From: Octopus sinensis
Lineage: Eukaryota
DNA: 11,004 nucleotides
Direction of reading: 5' to 3'
Assembly: GCF_006345805.1 (NCBI RefSeq)
Contig: NW_021827161.1
Location: 1 to 11,004 of the forward strand
Shown: positions 1 through 7,655 of the stretch, one piece after another
How the letters are laid out: every line of letters begins with the position of its first letter
Position numbering within the stretch: the first letter of the stretch is position 1
The notes under the pieces: generated by a model
Database searches by the model: none
What the model was told of the DNA's origin: nothing
Seen by the model: the letters and a program-made list of their open reading frames with translations, nothing else
Program-made: the position numbers and the translations under genes

Positions 1-56
1 ATGACAGATATTCTTTACGAAACTTTTAGAATCTTTATATGAGCAGTTATATTAAC
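1..56. repeat. Partial third copy of the foldback-element arm (continues upstream of the window)
   Basis: 1-56 is identical (56/56) to 906-961 and matches the reverse complement of 196-251 at 53/56. Confidence 0.9.
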
Positions 57-95
57 ATATGTAAGTAATGCACTAATGTATATATAATGTATGTG

Positions 96-1057
96 ATGTA
101 GCAATAGCCATTTTAGCCATTTTGAAATGTGGCGCGAATTGGCAATATGACGTAATGTCTTTGCCGAAGAAATATCATATTCGTTTTTTCCATTGGTTAA
201 TATAACTTCTCATATAAAGATTCGAGAAGTTTCGTAAAGAATATCTGTCATGAATTTCGATTCTTTTTGAGTCAAGTGAGCAGTTATACAAATCCTGGAT
301 TTTGGAAGATATTTCAGTGTTCGTTTGGTAGTCATTCAACTCCACGTTACTCACTCTTTTGGAGACATCGGTAATTTTTTATGCCATGTCCAAGTTAATC
401 ACAAATCTATTTTGATTTGTTGGTTCACGTATTAGATAGAAAAAAGAAATTAGCTAAGGAATTTAAAGTCGTTTTTCTTCACGACTAAGTTATCTTCTTC
501 TTGTAAATAAATATAAAAGGTTATATTTGTATAATAAAATTAATTAAAAGGAAATGTTTCTCTTAATGTTTGTTTTTCAACTGAGCATAGATAAATATGC
601 ATTTCTGTAATCTTTGAATTATGTTTCTTATAGCGGTTTAAAGGACACGATTAAAATATTCAACATACATGGTCGTTGACGTAGCGTTCCATGCGTATAT
701 GTCTGTATGATGTTATAACGGCAGTTAAGGTTTTAGATATGATGATAACACTTTGTGATTAACTTGGACATGGCATAAAAAATTACCGATGTCTCCAAAA
801 GAGTGAGTAACGTGGAGTTGAATGACTACCACACGAACACTGAAATATCTTCCAAAATCCAGGGTTTTTATAACTGCTCACTTGCCTCAAAAAGAATCGA
901 AATTCATGACAGATATTCTTTACGAAACTTTTAGAATCTTTATATGAGCAGTTATATTAACCAATGGAAAAAACGAAAATGATATTTCTTCGGCAAGACA
1001 TTATGTCATATTGCCAATTCGCGCCACATTTCAAATGGCTAAAATGGCTATTGCTAC

Positions 1058-1059
<2 letters not shown>
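96..1059. mobile_element. Foldback/MITE-like non-autonomous DNA element with ~310 bp inverted arms and a 346 bp AT-rich non-coding core
   Basis: 96-405 is the reverse complement of 752-1059 (hand alignment: 9 substitutions, two 1-bp indels). Both ends pass through TA (TA|GCAATAGCC...GGCTATTGC|TA). No transposase ORF, and no unambiguous TSD in the low-complexity flanks. Confidence 0.75.
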
Positions 1060-1060
<1 letters not shown>

Positions 1061-1110
<50 letters not shown>

Positions 1111-1140
1111 TATATTATATTATATATATACACATACATA
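1061..1140. repeat. (TA)n microsatellite
   Basis: Read directly. Confidence 0.95.
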
Positions 1141-1318
1141 TGGATGAATATAGCGCATGAGAGATAGTACGTACAATAATAAGAGACTGAAGATATAAAC
1201 GTGAGTGCGTTGACTGTTTGTGTGTGTATGTGCGTGCGCACGCATACGTTTTTTAAAACAGTGTTTTGATATTCGTGCTTACTTGCACTTATGTTTAACT
1301 GTTCCTTTGTGTTAGCGT

Positions 1319-1400
1319 GTACACACACACATACACATTCACACAAACACATACACACACACACACACACACATATATATATTCGTATCACTCTCACTCC

Positions 1401-1441
<41 letters not shown>

Positions 1442-1470
1442 TATATACATACATATACATATACATATAT
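1319..1470. repeat. Compound (CA)n/(TA)n/(TACA)n microsatellite
   Basis: Read directly. Confidence 0.95.
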
Positions 1471-1565
1471 ACAGCTTATGCTAGAGTGTATGTATTGAAC
1501 AGATTTTATTTATATATATATACATGGGTATAATCGAATGTTTGTAATATTGTAAATATGTTTAA

Positions 1566-1624
1566 GTGTGTGTGTCTCTGTCTGTGTTTATGTGTGTGTA
1601 TGTGTGTGTGTGTGCGCGCGCGCA
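1566..1624. repeat. (TG)n running into (CG)n alternating purine-pyrimidine tract
   Basis: gtgtgtgtgtgtgcgcgcgcgcac read directly at the 3' end. Confidence 0.9.
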
Positions 1625-1928
1625 CGGTATGTCTATATGTCAATATCAGCAACGCGTGCAGGTGTGTAGCTGTATACGACGTAGTAATAATAACAGGAAT
1701 ACAACATACAAGTGCTTGCGGCTAGATTGATAACACTTCAATAAATAGTTTAGCGTGTAATTTTATTATTGGACTTATCCCTTTCTCACATAGCTGAGAG
1801 ATAATATGCGCACGCACGCGTATATGATGTTATGTGGTATGTGTTATTTATGTGTGTGCGTGTGTGCGTGTGTGCGTTTGCATGTGTGTGCGCACGAGAT
1901 GGTATGTATGTATTACATATATGTGTTT

Positions 1929-2014
1929 CTGAGTGAAAAACAAATTTGTACGAATGGGTATGAGCTTATATAAAGACACCCCCACACACACACACACACC
2001 CATATATATATATA

Positions 2015-2064
<50 letters not shown>

Positions 2065-2276
2065 ATATAATATATACATATATATATATATATGTATGTA
2101 TGTATTCATATATATATATATGTATGCATGCATATATGTATATAAATATATGTATATATTATATATACATATATGCATGTATACATACATATATATATGA
2201 ATACATACATGCATATATATATATATGTCTTTACATACGCTCATACCCATTCGTACAAATTTGTTTATACACTCAG
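1929..2276. repeat. ~50 bp inverted repeat enclosing a 247 bp (CA)n/(TA)n microsatellite
   Basis: 1929-1978 vs reverse complement of 2226-2276: 3 substitutions and 1 indel, with a 28 bp identical core (gctcatacccattcgtacaaatttgttt). Confidence 0.9.
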
Positions 2277-2735
2277 TCACTACACACACACACACATATG
2301 TATATATATACATACATGCTTGTGCGTATATGTATATATGTGTTTATATGCAAGCACTCTCGAGGAATCCCTCAATGTATGGCCTTGTTCCTGATCGATA
2401 TACTAATGGTGCGCTATGTAATAAATACAATAAACGTTCCCATCCATGCATCGCGCTTGCTGTAATAATTCCACTTCATTTACACCTTAAATCCGTGAAG
2501 AAAACTTGCACTTATCTATGTCATATGTACGACTGCTTAGTTCAGAATCTCGATCCCTAAACTCGTCATTCAAGCATTTGTCACATTGTGCGTCATGTAT
2601 GGCAAGTGTCTTCCAGGAGAAATCTTTAAACCATAATATTTCGCGGATGGACGCAATAGGCATATATATTTTTCGGAATATTACGAAAAATTGAAACAGT
2701 ATACGTAACCACCTATCAAGGAGTTATATTCCTCC

Positions 2736-2765
2736 ATATATATATATATATATATATATATACAC

Positions 2766-2806
<41 letters not shown>

Positions 2807-2831
2807 TAAATATATATATACATATACACAC

Positions 2832-2863
<32 letters not shown>
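2736..2863. repeat. (TA)n microsatellite interrupted three times by CACTAAA
   Basis: acactaaa units near 2762, 2803 and 2828 between TA runs. Confidence 0.9.
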
Positions 2864-2864
<1 letters not shown>

Positions 2865-2868
<4 letters not shown>

Positions 2869-3075
2869 ATATTTCGGAATGGTCATATTGCCAGTGTAGC
2901 CAATAAAAACACACGCACTATATATTTGGTGTTATTTTGCTTCAGTGATATTTATTTTTTACATTAATCTTAATCTTATTTCGGCCAGAGTTCTTTCGTC
3001 ACACTCCTGTGACCGCATCAGTGGTCCTTTGTTTTCTTCTTTCGTATTTGTGTCTCTCCTTACTAACCGTCAGCC
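2865..3075 (-). mobile_element. Possible Penelope-like element terminal (pseudo-LTR) remnant around the hammerhead-like motif
   Basis: A-rich minus strand, hammerhead-like motif, then AATAAA about 30 nt downstream (tttatt at 2951-2956). Penelope-like elements are known to carry minimal hammerheads. No RT or GIY-YIG ORF is visible. Confidence 0.3.
2983..3027 (-). ncRNA. Minimal type I hammerhead-ribozyme-like motif with non-canonical core
   Basis: Minus strand reads GGACCA CUGAUG CG GUCACA GGAG UGUGAC GAA AG AA CU C UGGCC. Stem I: CCA/UGG, a bulge, then GG/CC. Stem II: 6 bp with a tetraloop. GAAA core present. Stem III: 2 bp. NUH triplet: CUC. CG replaces the conserved A9. Confidence 0.5.
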
Positions 3076-3305
3076 ATTTTGTATTTCTATTATATGTCTT
3101 CATTTGCGCATGCTTATATCTCTATGTGCGTCTATGTTTATTTAGTGTGTGTGTGTGGGGGGATGCCTGTAATATTTGTATCTTCTGTTTATATACATTC
3201 ATGTAATTTGTATTTTGTTTTTGATACCGTACACATAGCGTCTTGCTGGGCCCTCATTCATCGAAGCGACAACAGAGGGAGTACACCACCACCAGCAACA
3301 ACACA

Positions 3306-3397
3306 ATCATCATCATCATCATCATCATGATGTATGTGTGTATTTATGCACACAAACACGCACACAAACACACACACACACACACTCTCTCTCTCTC
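3306..3397. repeat. (CAT)n, (CA)n and (CT)n microsatellites
   Basis: Read directly. Confidence 0.9.
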
Positions 3398-3545
3398 ACA
3401 CACATACTTGTATGCTATTACAACGACCAGCATGTCCGTCGTCGTCCACGAACAGAGAAGATTTGATCTCACACCTATGACTAATAACGGGCAAGATCTA
3501 TCGAGTCCACGTGATCTCGCATTACCAGCTTATCATACAACAGTT

Positions 3546-3632
3546 ACACACACACACACACACACACACGCAACCTCTCTCTTTCTCTCTCTCTCTCACT
3601 CGCTTTCTCTCTCTCTCACTCGCTTTCTCTCT
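3546..3632. repeat. (CA)n followed by (CT)n tract
   Basis: Read directly. Confidence 0.9.
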
Positions 3633-3855
3633 TTCATGTTGATAACAATTATGCCGCAAATCCAAAAATGCTTTGATTTCATTTCCAATTAACATCAGTT
3701 ATTGTAGCTGTTATCTATGCTTCATGACGTCATATGAAGATGACACATTTTTATTATTCATTATTTTTACAACTTGTCTTAACGCAATCACCTGGCTGAA
3801 GACGACCTCTTTGGATTAGCTATTGCCACTTAACTTTCCCAGAGGCTTTTGTTCT

Positions 3856-3930
3856 TGTAGTTGTTATTATTGTCCTAGTTGTTGTTGTTACTGCTGCTGT
3901 TGGTGTTGGTGTTGCTGTTGTTGTTGTTGT
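3856..3930. repeat. Degenerate (GTT/GCT)n trinucleotide repeat
   Basis: Read directly. Confidence 0.9.
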
Positions 3931-4015
3931 TTCGCTCATGTGTCAATCCCTATCAAGACAAGCCAGCTATAATCTCGTCGTTTTTGTTCAAATATGAACC
4001 GTGGTTGCGTGGTAT

Positions 4016-4345
4016 ACAAAGCCTTGTGAGTGGATTTGGAAGACGGAAACTGAAAGAAACCAGTTAAATATCTGTGTGTGTGTATGTGCATGTGGTGTGT
4101 GTTTGTGTGTGTGCGTGCGCACGTCTGTGTTCGTCCTTCACCGCCGCTTTACAACCGGTACCGGTGTATTTACGTCCCTGTATGTTAGCAGTTCAGCAAA
4201 AGTAACCGATAGGACGAATAACAAACTTTAAAAAGAAAATTTTTTAAATAAGTACTGGGGCCGATTGGCTTAACTAAAATGCTTCAAAGCGTTGCCCCAG
4301 CATGGTCGCACTCTTAAAGTCTTAAACAGATGAAAAGTAAAAAAT
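4016..4345 (+). mobile_element. SINE family A copy, 5'-truncated (body, TG linker, tail)
   Basis: Body gccttgtgagtggatttggaagacggaaactgaaagaa matches the reverse complement of ~9975-10020 and ~8652-8688. The tail matches the reverse complement of 8088-8270. Resembles a common octopus tRNA-SINE (from memory). Confidence 0.8.
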
Positions 4346-4422
4346 TATACAATTTAGCCTTCTTTTCTTTTTTATTTTTCACGATTTCGCAAAGATTTAG
4401 TTTTTAGTGTAAGACATAATTT

Positions 4423-4434
4423 CAGAGAGAGAAT

Positions 4435-4466
<32 letters not shown>
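4423..4466. repeat. (GA)n microsatellite
   Basis: Read directly. Confidence 0.95.
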
Positions 4467-4468
<2 letters not shown>

Positions 4469-4782
4469 AAGATTCCGCAATATTTTTTAGCATGTAAAAC
4501 GTATTACGCAGAGAATTCCTGATTAACTAACAGATCCAAGCTTTCGCTAACATCGGGGTAAAACATGTTTAGCTAGTAAAATAAAATTTACAAGACAGAT
4601 TAAAAATAAAAAAAAACCCCAAAATATATACTTAATATCAAAAAGAACCAGATTTATCGTCCCTGCTCTGTAGATACATGAGAAAGATGCTGCATGTTAG
4701 AGGTATTAATTCTCTCATATAATCAAAGGTTTTTTTTTTTTTTTGGTAACGTGAGAAAATGGATTAATATATATATCATTCT

Positions 4783-4917
4783 TTGTTGTTTGTTCCTTCT
4801 CGAGCCACGCCTGGCTCATAGGGCCAGTTTCCCGGTTTCCTTGGCGTATAGGTTCCCCACCTGGACGGGACGCCGGTCCGTCGCAGGTGAGCTGCAAGAT
4901 GCAGGAGGATGCAGGAG
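4783..4917 (-). mobile_element. SINE family B 3' fragment
   Basis: GC-rich island whose minus strand reads CCTGCGACGGACCGGCGTCCCGTCCAGG...GAAACCGGGAAACTGGCCCTATGAGCCAGGCGTGGCTCGAGAAGG plus a short (AAC)-like tail. Recalled as a conserved metazoan SINE central-domain motif; only one copy in the window. Confidence 0.55.
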
Positions 4918-5084
4918 TATGCATATAGTATTGGTGGCAGCTGTTACATTTCTGATGATGTTCAAACATTAACATGAGTATTATAATACCTTAAATTGTT
5001 TTTAAAAAATCTGTTGCACTTTGATATCTCTTGTTACACACTGCTTGAGAAACACTGATCTAATTCTCTTATTTAAGAATAAAG

Positions 5085-5335
5085 GGTGCGAGCTGAAAGG
5101 AACTTGGATATTATTCCTAGCAAGTCAGGCATATGCAAATAAGTCTGTGGTTATTGTCCTCGATGTTTTATTGAGCTCCAGTACAACACTGATTGAGATT
5201 AGAATTGAAGATATTTCAACCAGTCTTTTTTTTTCTATCTGTAGGTAACCACATTATCCAATGCAGTCTTTTTCAAAACGGAATGAGTGTGATTTGAAGC
5301 ATATTTGGTTGTTATTTCTAAGGTAGACCAAGCGA
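5085..5335 (+). repeat. Old dispersed repeat: two diverged copies of a ~45 bp motif (third copy at ~9396-9450)
   Basis: gggtgcgagctgaa...ttggatattattcctag (5085), gagtgtgatttgaagcatatttggttgttatttcta (5286) and tgtaatttcaggtgtatttggctgctttttcaag (~9411). The first two match at 24/36 positions by hand. Confidence 0.45.
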
Positions 5336-5480
5336 CCCTGTACAGACTCAGCCTTTTCCTCGCCTATTTACTAATAGTTGTGGTAGTAGTATCTATTCAA
5401 ACATGTAATGTAGAGTCAGCAAGAGCACGATAGTTGTCCCTCTGTTTTTATCAGTCAAGCTAGATCCTGCGAAGGGCTAA

Positions 5481-5862
5481 TTGGGGCAAGGAGGGGCAGT
5501 GTCGGCGGACGACGACGTCACCGTCATGGTATCGGCGGACGCCTGCGAAGTGGAGATGGTCGGTACCATTCTAATGGGATATGTAGGGCTAAAGTCAACG
5601 CCGACAAATCGGTGGGTATGTGGTTGGACTCCTGGAGAGGCAGTACGATGCCATGGAACGGAATCGTCGGACGCTGGACCGACGAATCAGTTAAACTGCT
5701 TGGGGTCTGGTTTGGCCTGACCTTCAGGTTTATAAGAACTGGGACGAAGTAGCAAACAGGATGGCGAGTCTCACCCAGACATGGGCTGAGAGGAAGCTGT
5801 CCCTGAAATGTTGGGCACAGGTGGCGAATGCTTACATTGCCTCCATTATCATTAATCGCCTG
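5481..5862 (+). pseudogene. Tx1/L1-clade LINE reverse transcriptase fragment (YADD region and thumb), frameshifted
   Basis: Across two frameshifts: GAVSADDDVTVMVS...EMVGTIL / AKVNADKSVGMWLDSWRG...VKLLGVWFG / DLQVYKNWDEVANRMASLTQTWAERKLSLKCWAQVANAYIASIIINRL. This matches the (Y)ADD, K-I/V-N-x-x-K-S, YLG-like and W-x-x-R-x-L-S-L-x-G-R motifs of L1/Tx1 RTs. Confidence 0.85.
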
Positions 5863-5993
5863 CATGCCTTTGGATTTTTAGGACAGGTCAGCACAGATTT
5901 CCAAAAACCTATAAGATAAAGTATTCCAGCCACGACCATCATGCCTTTTTAAAGATATCTAAAATTACATTGTCTAGTCTATTATCTTCTATC

Positions 5994-6087
5994 TTTTACT
6001 TGTGTCAATCATACTGGAGTACCGTCTTGAAGGTGCTATGCAGTGGGACAGAATCCATAACCATAACAAACTTCTTATCACACAGCT
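5994..6087 (-). mobile_element. SINE family A copy with large internal deletion (head fused to tail)
   Basis: 5994-6032 matches the tail seen at ~8088-8140. 6030-6087 matches the tRNA-like head seen at ~10060-10125. Confidence 0.7.
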
Positions 6088-7096
6088 ACAATAGGCACAA
6101 AGCCGGAAACCACTGCTAGCAAGCAAGCAAAGTGAATCAAGCAGACTGCAAAAAAGAACGGGCAGAATCAAATTGAGAGGCGGTGGAGCCAGAAGCCCCT
6201 GCATGGACAATATATTCTCCGAAGCCAAAATGCTGATGTAGACCAAGCAACAACCCATCAGGCTGAAGAGTTCTGGATTGAAAGCAGAGACTGAAAGCTT
6301 CATACTGGCAGCACAAGATCAAGCTTGTTTACCAGAAATTACCAGGCTAACGTTCTCCGAAACGGTACTGACCCTAAATGCAGATTCTGTGACACATTTG
6401 ACGAAACAATAGACCATCTCGTTTCGGGATGTCCTGTGCTGACACCAAACGAATACAAAAATCGCCACGATAGGGTAGGACAGTATATACATTGGAAGAT
6501 ATGTAAGCACTACAAATCCGACATCCTGCTAACTGGTATGAACACCATCCTCAGCCAGTTGTTGAAGGTAAAAATGTCACCATCCTCGGGATTTTCCAGT
6601 CAACACTGACAGAACGATCAAGGCTAATCGACCAGACATAATTGTTAAAGACAGGGAAGAAAATACCTGCAGACTAATAGAGGTAAGCGTCCCCACTGAT
6701 AAAAATGTATCTGTAAAAGAATTTGACAAACTTAGTAAATATAAGGTCCTGGAAATCGAAATACAAAAGATGTGGAATCTTAAAACAAAAACTGTTCCTG
6801 TTATTGTAGGTGCCCTAGGTATGATAAAAAGGGATGTCAAAAACACCTAGACAATATCCCTGGAGAACCATGTCTAAAGGAAATCCAAAAGATTGTGCTA
6901 ACAAGTACTGCCCACATCCTTAGATAAACCCTATCAATGTAAATGTTTGTGTTTGTATTACATGGAGATATTTCTCTACTTCCCCTCCCCAAGCTTTCAG
7001 CTATATTTCAACAACTCTTAACCTTCACTTGCCCTAGGGCGCTGGGTGTGTCCGGCAGGTGATTGCATCAAACATGCAGATTAAAAGTAAATGACA
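6088..7096 (+). mobile_element. R4/Dong-type non-LTR retrotransposon, 5'-truncated 3' end (ORF end plus 3' UTR)
   Basis: Coding remnant described in the next feature, a ~150 bp 3' UTR, then a direct transition into (TAA)n. Confidence 0.85.
6100..6942 (+). pseudogene. C-terminal CCHC zinc knuckle and PD-(D/E)xK restriction-like endonuclease of an RLE LINE
   Basis: WSQKPLHGQY, LKAETESFILAAQDQ, CRFCDTFDETIDHLVSGC (CX2CX8HX4C, 6379-6432), RHDRV, NRPDIIV (PD at 6632-6637), LIEVSVP, KLSKY, PVIVGALG. About six frameshifts, and in-frame stops at 6133-6135 and 6925-6927. Confidence 0.92.
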
Positions 7097-7175
7097 ATGA
7101 TAATAATAATAATAATAATCATAATAATAATAATATAATAATGATGATGATGATGATATAATAATAATAATAATA

Positions 7176-7268
<93 letters not shown>

Positions 7269-7275
7269 TGATGAT
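7097..7275. repeat. (TAA)n array with TGA variants
   Basis: Read directly. Confidence 0.95.
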
Positions 7276-7296
7276 ATATAGGTATACAGTAAGACT

Positions 7297-7467
7297 GCGC
7301 GCTAGCAGAATCGTTAGTATAGCGGACGAAGTGTTTTAGCAACATTTTGTTCGTCTTTACATTCTAATTTTAAATTCTGCCGAAGCCAATTTTCCCTATA
7401 TAAGTGCCAATGCAATCGACTTACCCGCTCCCACCAAATTGCTGGCATTGTGCCAAAACTTGAAACC
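7297..7467 (+). mobile_element. SINE family C copy (tRNA-derived head), apparently internally deleted
   Basis: A-box-like TAGCAGAATCG (7303-7313) and a degenerate B box ttttaaattctgccga matching gttcaaatcctgccga in the second copy at 10502. Confidence 0.65.
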
Positions 7468-7655
7468 GGTTAAGGCATAAAGATTATAAACGGCTCTCAA
7501 GAATTGGAGGTAAACGCTTTACTGATCTCGATGGTAACGAGAACGGTGAACAAGCGAGCGCGCACGCTCGTGTGTAGAGGCTGATTCTGAAACTATCATA
7601 TATTTTTCCTGTTTCTTTTTTTTTTTTTAGTAATAATATGAGTTCTGACTGCATA

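Noticed and set aside
2826-3150. 12 bp inverted repeat ACACACTAAATA (2826-2837) / TATTTAGTGTGT (3139-3150) around the hammerhead-like region
   Set aside because: Low complexity and embedded in microsatellites; chance is likely.
957-4231. ORF-track ORFs rich in YI, HT, CV, LS and poly-L/I runs
   Set aside because: They are translations of (TA)n, (CA)n, (CT)n, (CAT)n and (GTT)n microsatellites, with no domain motifs.
3575-4466. (CT)n and (GA)n tracts as an inverted pair
   Set aside because: Complementarity is trivial for simple repeats; the flanks do not match.
4952-4967. CTGATGA followed by TGTTCAAAC
   Set aside because: No GAAA core and no supporting stems.
5133-5140. Octamer ATGCAAAT
   Set aside because: A single 8-mer in AT-rich DNA with no snRNA or promoter context.
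7604-7630. Strong polypyrimidine tract plus AG (splice-acceptor-like); similar at ~8995-9014
   Set aside because: No plausible exon or donor follows; poly-T runs are common here.
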